Notes: generated by a model from the letters alone, not told the origin. Positions 43,975 through 54,217 are shown, numbered from the stretch's first letter. The stretch: DNA of 62,599 nucleotides from Candidatus Poribacteria bacterium (GCA_003635305.1 PYJE01000200.1:27171-89769); one strand, 5' to 3'. A program made the numbers and translations.

Positions 43975-45432
43975 ATGAGGAACAAAAAACGGACTGAGAA
44001 GACAACCCGCCTATCTAAAAGGAACATGAACAACGCATTGCGACATACAAAAATAGTGATTATCAGTCTGCTCATCGCCATGAACAGTTATGGCGCGGTT
44101 ACGTCTGTCGGCGAGATTAACGTTGAAGGGGAGGCGCAAGGCGTTGTCCCCGCGAGCTCCACCGTGCCGCTCATCGTTACGCTCAGCGTAGATCGTTCGT
44201 TAGCGGAGCCAGGCGAGGAGATTAAGACAATTGAAATTGAGTTGCCGCCCGGCTTCTTAACCCGCTCAGCCGATTTTAGAGGCATCACGCGCGATGGCAG
44301 CAGGCTTGCGGCGCGAGCTGTCGTCTCCGCTACTCAGTTGCGCATTGAACTCGCCGATGTCATCATCGATCTTCAGAATTCTGTCTACGACATTCGTTTT
44401 GACTGCCGCACCCCGAATATCGTGATGCTGGCGGCAACGTTCCGCGCGCGCCTCCGCAATCTGCAAGACGGCCCCATCGGCGAATTTATCCGCGCTGGAC
44501 AAGCAGATGGGAGACTCAACAACGACGACTTCACCTTGCAAGTGATTCCGAATGTGCCACCCGCGCCTGTCACTGGATTTACTGCTGAGGCAGACGCGAC
44601 AGGCGAAAACGATGTCACACTCCGCTGGCAAAAATCGGCAGACCCGGATGTTAACGGCTATCTTATCTATCGGGATGGAAATCGGGAACCGCCTATCAAC
44701 GTCGAAAACGCTTCTTCAACCACCTATCGCGATGTGAACGTTTTGCCGGGGAGTCACACCTACGAGATAGCCTCTTACAAGACGTTGCAACTCCGTTCGG
44801 AACGTTCGGCTATGCAGACGGTGAACGTCTCGGAGGATACCGCGGCCCCGGTACCCCCGGCGACATTTGACATCGTTGCGCTGAGCGAGGGAATTGAGCT
44901 CACGTGGACACCGAGCGTCAGCCGGGACGTTGAGCGGTACCAACTCTCCTTCGGTTCATCCCCTACTTCGCTGAGTCCGCTGGAAGATAGAAATGTAGAG
45001 GCATCTGAAAGCACCTATAAATTTTTAGATGCGCGTCCGTTAGAGGTAGGCAGTTTCGTTTACGCGATTGTCGCAATTGACGAAGCTAAGAACGCCTCTG
45101 AACCGAGACAGGAAATCCTGCGGATATTAGATGAACCGTATCCGAACCCGTTTACGCCGCTCTCGCCGAATGCAGATTTCAACCGCGTGATATTTCCGGC
45201 GCGCGCGCTTGAAGGGGCGGTAGCAAGCGGCGCACTACAAGGTGAATTCAGGGTGCTTATTTTTAACATTGAAGGCATGCTCGTGAAAACTCTAACCGCG
45301 CCTCTCGGCGAGACGGAACTTATCTGGGATGGCACCGACGAAACGGGCGAAATCGTCGAAAGCGGCGTGTATGTCTATCAACTTCAGATAGGCGAAAGTT
45401 TCAAGACTGGCACCATAATTGTTGCGAAATAA
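43975..45432 (+). CDS. Secreted protein with Fn3-like domains and a T9SS/FlgD-Ig-like C-terminal domain
   Basis: PAPVTGFTAEADATGENDVTLRWQKSADPDVNGYLIYRDG (Fn3-like). C-terminal PYPNPFTP...LIWDGTDETGEIVESGVYVYQLQIGESFKTGTIIVAK. The likely real start is the MNNALRHTKIVIISLLIAM signal at 44027. Confidence 0.65.
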   Translation: MRNKKRTEKTTRLSKRNMNNALRHTKIVIISLLIAMNSYGAVTSVGEINVEGEAQGVVPASSTVPLIVTLSVDRSLAEPGEEIKTIEIELPPGFLTRSADFRGITRDGSRLAARAVVSATQLRIELADVIIDLQNSVYDIRFDCRTPNIVMLAATFRARLRNLQDGPIGEFIRAGQADGRLNNDDFTLQVIPNVPPAPVTGFTAEADATGENDVTLRWQKSADPDVNGYLIYRDGNREPPINVENASSTTYRDVNVLPGSHTYEIASYKTLQLRSERSAMQTVNVSEDTAAPVPPATFDIVALSEGIELTWTPSVSRDVERYQLSFGSSPTSLSPLEDRNVEASESTYKFLDARPLEVGSFVYAIVAIDEAKNASEPRQEILRILDEPYPNPFTPLSPNADFNRVIFPARALEGAVASGALQGEFRVLIFNIEGMLVKTLTAPLGETELIWDGTDETGEIVESGVYVYQLQIGESFKTGTIIVAK

Positions 45433-45636
45433 ATTCTTTGTCGTTCGCAATGCGTTCGATGTGCATCGCCTCTCATGTCAAGTCTCTCTGCATTCTTGAT
45501 ACAATTATCCTGAAAAATGTTGACTTAATTTTCCATTTATGCGATACTTGTCAACACGGCTAAAAACCTCTCGCCCTTCATCGGGCTCAGGACGTGGGAA
45601 ACCACTTTAAACCACAACATAGGAGACACCATAACG

Positions 45637-46644
45637 ATGAACAAATTCAGGACATGTCTACTTGCGGTAACCCTTATGTTCTTGGCAATCGCCTGCTTGT
45701 CTGCCGCAGCCGGCTGGAACGTCTTACAAGAACGCGATCCGGAAGTTCGGGACTATATGTCTATCACCTTTACCAGCCCGCAGACCGGCTGGGTAGTCGG
45801 TGCCGCCTCGTTTGAAGATTTTGAAAACCCCGGCTTCGTCGGGTATACCGTGGATGGCGGCAAAACGTGGCAGAAATCCGACATTAAAATCAGCGCGGAC
45901 CTCGCCGAAGTCTACTTCTTAGATGAGAAACACGGCTGGGCCGTCGGCGCGAAAGGCTCAATAGCAGCCACCAAAAACGGCGCAGACTGGGAACTCCAGA
46001 CTAGCAAGGTTGCTAACGGGCTGAAAGGCATCTACTTCGTCAACAAAGATGTCGGGTATGCTGTCGGGGAAAGCGACACCATCCTATCCTCTAAAAACGG
46101 CGGCCGCTCATGGAAAGTGCTGCAAGGCGGACAGGTGGGTGCTGTCGGCGATGACGACGCGAATATGTATAACGCGCTGCAGTTCCTTGACGAAAACACC
46201 GGCTGGGCAGCCGGGGTGCGCGTTAGTCCAAGCACGCAGAGCCAGAGTGCCCTCATCCAAAAAACTACCGATGGGGCGGAAACCTGGGTGATGCAAGAGA
46301 CAGAGAGAGAGGATATCCTTGAGGATATTTTCTTCCTGAACGCCTCACTCGGCTGGGCCGTCGGCGAAAACGGCACCATCCTCCACACCAGCAACGGTGG
46401 GGAGAAGTGGGAAGTGCAAACCAGCGGCACCGAAGAGACGCTCAGAAGCGTTGGATTCGCAGATGAGATGAACGGCTGGGCCGTCGGCGGCGACTTCGGT
46501 GTCGGAGCCATTTTGCACACCACGGATGGCGGCAAAACGTGGGAAGCGGAAGAGTCCAAGGAAAAGCTGGTCAAAGTTTTTGTGCTAGATGGACAAAACG
46601 TGTGGGTTGCAAGCTCCACCGGTGCCATCTTACAGACAGATTAA
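45637..46644 (+). CDS. BNR/Asp-box beta-propeller protein, Ycf48-like
   Basis: Signal peptide and repeated S/T-x-D-x-G-x-T/S-W boxes: TVDGGKTWQK, SKNGGRSWKV, TTDGAETWVM, TSNGGEKWEV and TTDGGKTWEA. Confidence 0.7.
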   Translation: MNKFRTCLLAVTLMFLAIACLSAAAGWNVLQERDPEVRDYMSITFTSPQTGWVVGAASFEDFENPGFVGYTVDGGKTWQKSDIKISADLAEVYFLDEKHGWAVGAKGSIAATKNGADWELQTSKVANGLKGIYFVNKDVGYAVGESDTILSSKNGGRSWKVLQGGQVGAVGDDDANMYNALQFLDENTGWAAGVRVSPSTQSQSALIQKTTDGAETWVMQETEREDILEDIFFLNASLGWAVGENGTILHTSNGGEKWEVQTSGTEETLRSVGFADEMNGWAVGGDFGVGAILHTTDGGKTWEAEESKEKLVKVFVLDGQNVWVASSTGAILQTD

Positions 46645-46748
46645 CGCGATTTCATCCGCGGTAGGCGCGCGTTCAACGCGCGCCATCACGCCGAAACTCG
46701 CCGCCAATTATTATCATATCAGCACAAACGCATCGTGCAACAGAGGAG

Positions 46749-47957
46749 ATGCAATTGCACCACAAAACCAATCCGAACGCATTGCGACATACAAACGTAT
46801 TCGCCGAGCGGATGAGCCGCTTGGGAACAGAATCTGCTTTTGAGGTGCTCGCGAAAGCCAAGGGGTTAGAAGCACAAGGCAGAGACATCATCCATCTCGA
46901 AATCGGACAACCGGATTTCCCAACACCGATGAATATCTGTGAAGCGGCGTTCAAAGCCATGAAGGATGGGCAGACCGGCTACGGGCCCTCCGCAGGCCTG
47001 CCTGAATTTCGCGAGGTAGTCGCGCAGCACATCACTGAAACACGCGGCGTGTCCATCCACCCCGATGAAGTCACCGTCACACCCGGCGCGAAGCCTATTA
47101 TCTTCTTCACCATTTTGGCCCTCATTGACGAAGACGATGAGGTTATCTACCCCGAACCCGGCTTCCCTGTTTACGAATCTGTCATTGACTTCATCGGCGG
47201 AAAGCCGGTGCCGCTGCTGCTGCGCGAAGAAGTCGATTTCCGCTTCCGTATCGAAGAACTCGAGGCCGCCATCACCGCGCGCACAAAGCTGCTAATTCTC
47301 AACTCGCCACAGAATCCCACCGGGGGCACGCTCACGGCGGCAGACCTCGGGGCCATCGCCGAACTCGCGCAGAAACATAATTTTTATGTGCTTACCGACG
47401 AGGTCTACTCACGCATCCTCTACGAAGGCACGCATCAGAGCATTCTTAGCCTCCCCGGTATGAAGGAGCGGACTATCCTCATCGAAGGACACTCGAAAAC
47501 CTACGCGATGACAGGCTGGCGTTTAGGTTACGGCATCGCGCCGCAAGCAATTGCAGACAAGATTACGCAGTTGACGATTAACTCGAATTCCTGCACCGCT
47601 ACCTTTACACAAATCGCTGGCATTGAGGCACTGATAGGACAGCAAGACTCGGTTACAGAGATGGTAACCGAGTTTCAGAGACGGCGGGACGGCATCGTGG
47701 ACGGATTGAACGCGCTGGAGGGAGTCAGTTGTATCAAGCCGCTCGGTGCGTTCTATGTGTTCCCGAACGTAACGCAGCTGCCCATGGCGTGCGAACCCCT
47801 CGCCGATTATCTGATGGACGAAGCGGGTGTCGCGCTGCTGCCCGGCACCGCCTTCGGCAAATATGGCGATGGATATCTCCGGCTCTCCTATGCGAATTCG
47901 TTGGAGAACATCCAAGAGGCACTCGGCCGAATCGAAAAGGCGATTGCCAAACTGTAG
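46749..47957 (+). CDS. Class I/II pyridoxal-phosphate aminotransferase (AspC-like)
   Basis: IIHLEIGQPDFPTP, NSPQNPTGG and HSKTYAMTGWRLGY (PLP lysine). The exact start is uncertain because the first ~17 codons overlap a repeat box. Confidence 0.85.
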   Translation: MQLHHKTNPNALRHTNVFAERMSRLGTESAFEVLAKAKGLEAQGRDIIHLEIGQPDFPTPMNICEAAFKAMKDGQTGYGPSAGLPEFREVVAQHITETRGVSIHPDEVTVTPGAKPIIFFTILALIDEDDEVIYPEPGFPVYESVIDFIGGKPVPLLLREEVDFRFRIEELEAAITARTKLLILNSPQNPTGGTLTAADLGAIAELAQKHNFYVLTDEVYSRILYEGTHQSILSLPGMKERTILIEGHSKTYAMTGWRLGYGIAPQAIADKITQLTINSNSCTATFTQIAGIEALIGQQDSVTEMVTEFQRRRDGIVDGLNALEGVSCIKPLGAFYVFPNVTQLPMACEPLADYLMDEAGVALLPGTAFGKYGDGYLRLSYANSLENIQEALGRIEKAIAKL

Positions 47958-48010
47958 CGGCGCGCAATTTTGAACGTAGGGCGAGGGCCTGTCCCTCGCC
48001 GTGTAACCAT

Positions 48011-48949
48011 ATGCGAACAACGAAAAAAACGGCAAAGAGAGTGATAGCACGCATTCCGGCCAGCACGACAAACCTCGGCCCCGGATTCGATGTGCTGGGG
48101 CTCGCTTTGAGACTCTACAGCACGGTGACGCTGGAAGTGACAGAGACATCCGGCAATGAAGTCGTCGTCACTGGGGTAGACGCGGATAAGATTCCGAGCA
48201 CCACCGAGCACGTCGCGTTTCAAGCGGCTGAACTGGTTCTCAAGCGGGATGGAGGGAAAGTCCCACCGGGCCTGAAGTTATCCATAGACAACGGTATCCC
48301 TGCGATTCGTGGGTTAGGCGGCAGCGGCACAGCCATCCTCGGTGGCCTGATGACTGCGAATGAACTCTGCGACTCGCCGCTTTCCAAGGAGGAACTGCTG
48401 AACCTTGCCGCGAAACTAGAAGGGCATCCCGATAACGTCGCCGCTTCTTACCTTGGCGGGCTGGTTGTCTGCGCGCAGGAAAAGGGACATGTCCATACTG
48501 TTCAGTTGCGGTGTCCAGATGAACTTTCCGTGGTGCTAGCAATTCCCAATTTCACGCTTTCAACGCAACAGGCGCGCAGCGTGCTGCCTCAGCAGGTAGA
48601 ACTCGCGGACGCAATTTACAATACCAGCCGCAGTTCGCTGTTAGTCGCCGCCATCGCCACCGGGAAATTGAGCCTAATAGCGGTTGCGATGAAGGACCGG
48701 CTGCATCAACCCTACCGTGCTGCGCTCATTCCGGGGTTTGATGATGTCGGGGAAGCGGCGGTGAACGCCGGTGCCTTCAGCGTCGCACTGAGTGGCGCGG
48801 GACCGACCTTGGCGGCCTATTGTTACCGACACCTCGCGAAGCAGATTGCGGAAGCGATGCAAGCCGCTTTCCACGTCCATCAAATTCAGAGTGAGACCAG
48901 GATGCTAGAGCCCGATATCCGAGGAGCCCAAATCGTATCTTCCGAATGA
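48011..48949 (+). CDS. thrB: Homoserine kinase
   Basis: RIPASTTNLGPGFDVLGLAL and GLGGSGTAILGG (GHMP motif). 312 aa from the ATG at 48011. The track ORF from 47729 would overlap the aminotransferase gene. Confidence 0.9.
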   Translation: MRTTKKTAKRVIARIPASTTNLGPGFDVLGLALRLYSTVTLEVTETSGNEVVVTGVDADKIPSTTEHVAFQAAELVLKRDGGKVPPGLKLSIDNGIPAIRGLGGSGTAILGGLMTANELCDSPLSKEELLNLAAKLEGHPDNVAASYLGGLVVCAQEKGHVHTVQLRCPDELSVVLAIPNFTLSTQQARSVLPQQVELADAIYNTSRSSLLVAAIATGKLSLIAVAMKDRLHQPYRAALIPGFDDVGEAAVNAGAFSVALSGAGPTLAAYCYRHLAKQIAEAMQAAFHVHQIQSETRMLEPDIRGAQIVSSE

Positions 48950-49029
48950 TAATTGCACAGGACTTACGCGCGTTTCATCATTCTGCGTCCGGCCTATTGT
49001 AGCATGCAACACCCTGCGAACCACGAAAA

Positions 49030-51864
49030 ATGTTCCATACGAACGGTATTTCATCGATATTGAATCAATTTAACAGCGATTTGGAAAACGGATTGAGTGC
49101 CGATGCCTTGCAGAAGGCGCGCGCGCAATACGGCAAAAACGAAATTGGCGCGACGCAAAAAACAGGACAGTTCGCCGCCTTTTTGAAGTCATTGCTGAAC
49201 TGGCGAGTGTGCGTGTTGGCTGTAGCGACTGCTGTCCTTATTGCTCCCTTCATCATACCAGATATTTTCGCGGTTTCCGACGTGCCGCACACAACCACCG
49301 CGGGGGGTGTCATCGGTGCGATGCTCGTCTTGCATATCGGATGGGCATGCTTCACCGAATACCGCATCCGTCGCCGCGAAGCACAGGTTCAGGAGTATCT
49401 CGGGCTTAGCATTCAGGTTATCCGGGGCGGCAAGCTCGAAAAATGCGCGCCGGAGGACATCGTGCCGGGCGACTTAATCTCTGTGAGCAAAGGCGACTAC
49501 ATCCCCGCGGATGCCAGAATCGTTGAGGCGTATGGGCTCGTAGTAGACGAATCTGCGCTATTCGGGACGAAAGGCACCGTGCAAAAAACGAGCGATACGC
49601 TTGCGGATAAACCGGCAGAGGGCGAAGGGGATGCTGCAACTCCCATCCCTCCCCAAGAACAGAAAAACATGGTGTTCGCTAGCACCTACGTAGAGGCGGG
49701 CCGCGGGCAGGCGGTTGTCGTGCAAACGGGACAGCAGACTGAATTCTGGAAGCAACGTCCGAACGCGCAGCAGACTCCCGATGTCACAACATACGCGGAA
49801 GGCGAACTGAAATTCCTGCACAACCTCATCAAGATAGCCGGGGTATGTGTCGCGGCGATAGTTGTCGCAATCGCGTGGTGGGCTGATTCTCAAGAACCGG
49901 GCACAGACTGGTTCTCACTTAGCTCGCTCGGTGTCCTTTTCCTCCTCGCCGCCGCACCGCAAGATGCCGTTTCGCTGTTGCGCATGAATTTCTCGCAACA
50001 CGCCAGAAAATTGCTGAAGAAAGGGGTGGCACTGCGGCATTCGCGTCTCCTTGAAAAACTGAGCCGCATCACCACTTTTTGCGCGAGTGAGGAAGGGCTT
50101 TCGACAACACGCGCCCTCGCGCTCTCCTATATGTTCGTTGATGAACAACTCGTTGAGGGAACAAAGTGGCAAGCGTGGCTGCGCTCCGTCCAAAATCTAT
50201 CGGCTGAAGAGAAGCGACAAGCGGTTGACGCAATGCCATCTACGCCGCTGAAGAAAAATCAGATTCCGCCGAATGCGCCGGGGTTGGTACTGACGGCGGC
50301 ACTCGGCACTTCCGGCGAACGGCATCAACTCGGTAAAAGGAACAACGAAGACACGTCACCCCGGGGGGTGCTCCAAAAGCAGCTCCGACAACTCGGGTAT
50401 GAACTAGACGAACTCAAAGCAAATCTCCCACTCGTTAAGGAATATCCGTGGACTCCCAACTTTGGGTATCAAATGGGCGTTTTTGAGGCAGGTGATGAAA
50501 ACTATCTCAATATCATCTTTGGGAACGCCCGGAAGGTGCTGGATGCGTGTGATTTCACACTCACGCAAGGTGAGATGATATACCTGCAGGACGAACGGTA
50601 TCATCAGTACGGGGAAGCACTTGATTACCTCAGGGGCATGTCTTCGCAAGGCACGCTGGGCAATGTCTACGGTGTCGCGTCGCAGTCTTCGGATGTCATG
50701 CGCACACCGCAGGATATGGAGGAGGGTTCAACCTTTTTAGGTTTCATCGCTTTCTCTGTCAGCGATGACGAAGAGACAAGAGCCGTTGTGAAATCTAGCC
50801 TTGACACCGGACTGAAAATTATCCTCATCACTCAACGGGATGCGCAACAGACAGGCGTGCTCGGGAAGGCACTCGGCCTCATTCACACGGCGAAAGCCAT
50901 CGCCTCCCGAAAGGCACTGAACGCACTTTCGCGTGAGGAATTGGACGAGCAGGTGCGAAAGGCTTTGGCATATTCCCAACCGAGCCGAGAGCAACGCCGT
51001 GAGATTGTTTTCAGTTTGAAACGCCACGGCCATACCGTCGGGTTTCTGGGGCAAACCGGCATCGATTCGCGTGCAATGACAGCCGCGGATATCGCATTTG
51101 CGAACAAGCGCGATGCCTCAGACATAGCACAAACACAGAGCGACGGGCTCATTCTGAAAAGCGGCTTCCGGGCCGTGCGGGATGCACTGCTGCACGCCCG
51201 CGAGGCTTATCAGAACCTGGCGGGTTACATCAGATGGGGACTCTCGTGCACGCTGGCACTCCTGCTCACCCTCGTTTTTGGCACAATTCTGCACTACGTG
51301 TATCAACTCCCGATGCCGCTAACATTAACCCACATCGCATGGGTGCAATTTCTCGGAAGCCTGCTTCCCACCCTCGGTGCCGGGTGCGAACAGATATTCG
51401 CCGACGAGAAGCACCACCGTCCTGCTATGTTCTCTGTCTCGCGATTTCTGCCGAAAACCGCCTGGTTAGACATCGTCTGCCGCGGCGTGACTATCAGTTT
51501 AATGTCGCTCATTCCGTTTTTCTTTATGCTGTGGCGTTCAGACATGAACGACTCGGCAGTGATAGCCGTTGCACAAACGATGGTGGCCACCACGCTGATT
51601 TTCACCCAATTGGCGACATGCTGGCAGGCACTGCGGTATCCCTGGGAATCGCTTTTTCAACGGATGTTTGCCAACACGCGGCTGCTCATTATCTTCTTCG
51701 GGGTTATCGGGCTCCACGTCGCCGCGCTCTATGTCGCACCTGTCAATGAACTTCTAGGGTTGACACCTCTGAAATGGGAGTGGCAATGGACGTTGCTGTT
51801 TAGTTTCACCTTGTTTTTATTGCCGCTTAATTTGGCGATTAATCCACGTCCGCATCGGGAATAG
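49030..51864 (+). CDS. P-type ATPase homologue with degenerate catalytic motifs (probably not an ATP-driven pump)
   Basis: Cation_ATPase_N-like start (GLSADALQKARAQYGKNEI) and P-type topology. However, DKTGT is replaced by SEEGL (FCASEEGLST), TGES by FGTK (DESALFGTKG), and GDGVND by GQTGID. Confidence 0.75.
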   Translation: MFHTNGISSILNQFNSDLENGLSADALQKARAQYGKNEIGATQKTGQFAAFLKSLLNWRVCVLAVATAVLIAPFIIPDIFAVSDVPHTTTAGGVIGAMLVLHIGWACFTEYRIRRREAQVQEYLGLSIQVIRGGKLEKCAPEDIVPGDLISVSKGDYIPADARIVEAYGLVVDESALFGTKGTVQKTSDTLADKPAEGEGDAATPIPPQEQKNMVFASTYVEAGRGQAVVVQTGQQTEFWKQRPNAQQTPDVTTYAEGELKFLHNLIKIAGVCVAAIVVAIAWWADSQEPGTDWFSLSSLGVLFLLAAAPQDAVSLLRMNFSQHARKLLKKGVALRHSRLLEKLSRITTFCASEEGLSTTRALALSYMFVDEQLVEGTKWQAWLRSVQNLSAEEKRQAVDAMPSTPLKKNQIPPNAPGLVLTAALGTSGERHQLGKRNNEDTSPRGVLQKQLRQLGYELDELKANLPLVKEYPWTPNFGYQMGVFEAGDENYLNIIFGNARKVLDACDFTLTQGEMIYLQDERYHQYGEALDYLRGMSSQGTLGNVYGVASQSSDVMRTPQDMEEGSTFLGFIAFSVSDDEETRAVVKSSLDTGLKIILITQRDAQQTGVLGKALGLIHTAKAIASRKALNALSREELDEQVRKALAYSQPSREQRREIVFSLKRHGHTVGFLGQTGIDSRAMTAADIAFANKRDASDIAQTQSDGLILKSGFRAVRDALLHAREAYQNLAGYIRWGLSCTLALLLTLVFGTILHYVYQLPMPLTLTHIAWVQFLGSLLPTLGAGCEQIFADEKHHRPAMFSVSRFLPKTAWLDIVCRGVTISLMSLIPFFFMLWRSDMNDSAVIAVAQTMVATTLIFTQLATCWQALRYPWESLFQRMFANTRLLIIFFGVIGLHVAALYVAPVNELLGLTPLKWEWQWTLLFSFTLFLLPLNLAINPRPHRE

Positions 51865-51876
51865 TCATGCTATCCA

Positions 51877-52040
51877 TCGGTAGGCACGCGTTGCAATCGT
51901 GCTCCAAAGCCAGGTTTTCGCTTGCAGCCGATGCTGTAACCGGGGTACGCGTGTTTTGCAAGCACGCTCCAAACCAAATCATCGCTTTCGACGATGCGCG
52001 TTGCCGTGGGTAGGCGCGCTTTGCAAGCGCGCTCCAAACG
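51877..52040. repeat. Three REP variants (GGTAGGC.CGC.TTGCAA.CG.GCTCCAAA)
   Basis: ggtaggcacgcgttgcaatcgtgctccaaagcc, ggtacgcgtgttttgcaagcacgctccaaacc and ggtaggcgcgctttgcaagcgcgctccaaacgcc. Confidence 0.85.
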
Positions 52041-52056
52041 CCGCGTGCTTCTCCTA

Positions 52057-54030
52057 TTAAACCCAAAAACCGTAGGTGGGAATGCCCGCGATGATGCCGA
52101 TAATCGTCCATAGGCTACCAACGGTGAACTCACCCAAAATTAGGCCTAGAAAGAAGGGCGCGATTTTCCGATGCCGCACTACGCCGCCGTATTGGAGGAT
52201 GAGCAGCTTAATCAACCAGCTCATGAAAAGGCAGCTCCACGTCACGTTCATACCCCAACTCGTTGAAATAGCGAACCCGGCGGGATGAAAGGGCCACCAC
52301 ACAAACCGCATCCGAAATAGCATCAAGACTGTCGTGAGTAGGAAACCGAGCCCCATAAACCCACTTTCGGCAATCAGCGTCTCCTCCGGTGCTTGCAGCC
52401 ATCCCGTGAGCCGGCGATACGGTTCTATCCCGAAGGCACTGAGCGAGGGCCAATACGCTCGTACCTCCATGCCTAACCGATACCCTCTGTCAATGAGAGC
52501 CCAAAATCCTGCCAGCGAACCGAGCACCGCGGCGAGCGTCAAAGCGAAGATAATCCGCGGCATCGTCATGTGAGTGCGTTCCATAATCTTGAAACCTTCC
52601 AATTGATGCGGCATCGGATGGCTTCGATAAGCGCGATTGATAAACCAGAACATGGAGAACATGACGAGGTTGTCTCTACCCAACCGGCGCGTGCCTACTG
52701 TTCGTGTCAAAATTTCATCAGGTCCGGAATAGTGAAGATCATGCACTGGGGTGCCTAACTCGGCGCGCATGCGCGTAATGGCGATGGAAATCATATAGTA
52801 GATGACGAAAAAGACGAACATCACCCAGATTTCCGCGCCGCCATAGTAGCAGAAAAGGACGAGAAACGCCATTACCCCGATGAGACAAAGCACTGCTGCG
52901 CGATAGGACATCGGGCTGTCTGAATCATCGCGCGCGGTATCGGTATGCAAGCCGATAACTGTTTTGCCGACATGCAAAAGATGCCGGCGGCTTGCCCAGA
53001 TAGCCAAAACGCACAAAGCGAGGTAGCCGCCGGACGCTTGTTCGTTCATATACGGAAAACGCGGCAGACTCCGCATCCCGATGGCGGCACCGACGACGCG
53101 CATCACCCGCCAATACCAGAAGAAAAACCAGCACGAAAACGACAAATCCAGCGGAATAAAGAAGCCGAGCCCTATCGCGAACGGATAAAGCGAAAACGGA
53201 ATTCTTCCCATCGCATTCCACGGGCTTTCTGTGAACACCTGAAAACTTCGCACCCGCGTCCGCAACTCCGGTAAAATCGGGTACAGGAAATTCACACCGT
53301 TCCACAGCGCGAGCGCGCCTGCGATGCCGAAACCGAGCCACATCAACTTGTTCCGGAAGAAGCGGTTCTGCTGCGGTTCTAGGAGCGAACCGGCTGCGTG
53401 TCCTGATTGCGCCATCTGCAGCGGCAATTGGATGATGGGGTAACTCAACTTTTCATGTTCAATCCACTGCTTTCGGACGATGATATTAATGCATAGCATC
53501 CCGAAAATCAAGACGGTAATGAACACTGTCCACCAGAGCACCGGTTTTGCCCATCCGAGAAGCGTCTCGGCGGTGTAGAGCGGCAATTCTCCCTCATAGT
53601 AGCCTTGCAGCAACTGGCTGTCGCTCACGGTGAGCCAATTTGGAAGAAATGGGGTGAACAGCTGCTGCCACTCGTTTTCAGCGGTTGCAAAGCGGAAGGC
53701 GTGTCCGAGCATCGGCACCAGAATTTCAAGCATGTCGTGCCCCGTAATTCCGGATGCAATTGACAGCATCAAATAAACGATGACGAGTTCGCTTTGCGCA
53801 AGTGCCAGCGTTGGGACGAAACGCTTAAATAGTTCGTTCACGCCGATAACGACGAAGAGACTAAAAATAACGTTAAAAAAGAGGGAAATCGTTACGGGAT
53901 GTCCTGAGTAGCGGATTACCTCCATCTCGATTACCCAGTAGCAGTTGATGGGAATCAGCAGCATGGCGATACTGACAGATTTGAAGGTAACCCCGTGCGC
54001 GGGGATTTGCGATGTGCTTTGAGATTTCAT
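52057..54030 (-). CDS. Large polytopic membrane protein of unknown function
   Basis: At least 14 hydrophobic segments and no motif I recognise. The start is moved to MKSQSTSQ (54030), because a TTGACA-17-TACACT box (54074-54102, minus) lies inside the track's 41-codon extension. Confidence 0.6.
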   Translation of the reverse strand: MKSQSTSQIPAHGVTFKSVSIAMLLIPINCYWVIEMEVIRYSGHPVTISLFFNVIFSLFVVIGVNELFKRFVPTLALAQSELVIVYLMLSIASGITGHDMLEILVPMLGHAFRFATAENEWQQLFTPFLPNWLTVSDSQLLQGYYEGELPLYTAETLLGWAKPVLWWTVFITVLIFGMLCINIIVRKQWIEHEKLSYPIIQLPLQMAQSGHAAGSLLEPQQNRFFRNKLMWLGFGIAGALALWNGVNFLYPILPELRTRVRSFQVFTESPWNAMGRIPFSLYPFAIGLGFFIPLDLSFSCWFFFWYWRVMRVVGAAIGMRSLPRFPYMNEQASGGYLALCVLAIWASRRHLLHVGKTVIGLHTDTARDDSDSPMSYRAAVLCLIGVMAFLVLFCYYGGAEIWVMFVFFVIYYMISIAITRMRAELGTPVHDLHYSGPDEILTRTVGTRRLGRDNLVMFSMFWFINRAYRSHPMPHQLEGFKIMERTHMTMPRIIFALTLAAVLGSLAGFWALIDRGYRLGMEVRAYWPSLSAFGIEPYRRLTGWLQAPEETLIAESGFMGLGFLLTTVLMLFRMRFVWWPFHPAGFAISTSWGMNVTWSCLFMSWLIKLLILQYGGVVRHRKIAPFFLGLILGEFTVGSLWTIIGIIAGIPTYGFWV

Positions 54031-54217
54031 ATTGTTTTGGCGTGCAGCATCTGTCTCTCGTTGATTTTCGTAAAGTGTAGCATAGATGCTTAAAGTTGTC
54101 AATAGCTGAATGCATTTGACGAATAAAAAATAAATTTGCTTTTTTTCCCGCATTTAGGGTATACTATTAATATGCAAGGAAAAATAGTTTTTTCTTCAAT
54201 CCGAAAAGGAGGCAAAG

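Noticed and set aside
47729-48010. 94-codon N-terminal extension of the thrB ORF that overlaps the aminotransferase gene.
   Set aside because: Homoserine kinase homology begins at RIPASTTNLGPGFD, just after the ATG at 48011. The extension crosses a REP hairpin and the upstream gene's 3' end.
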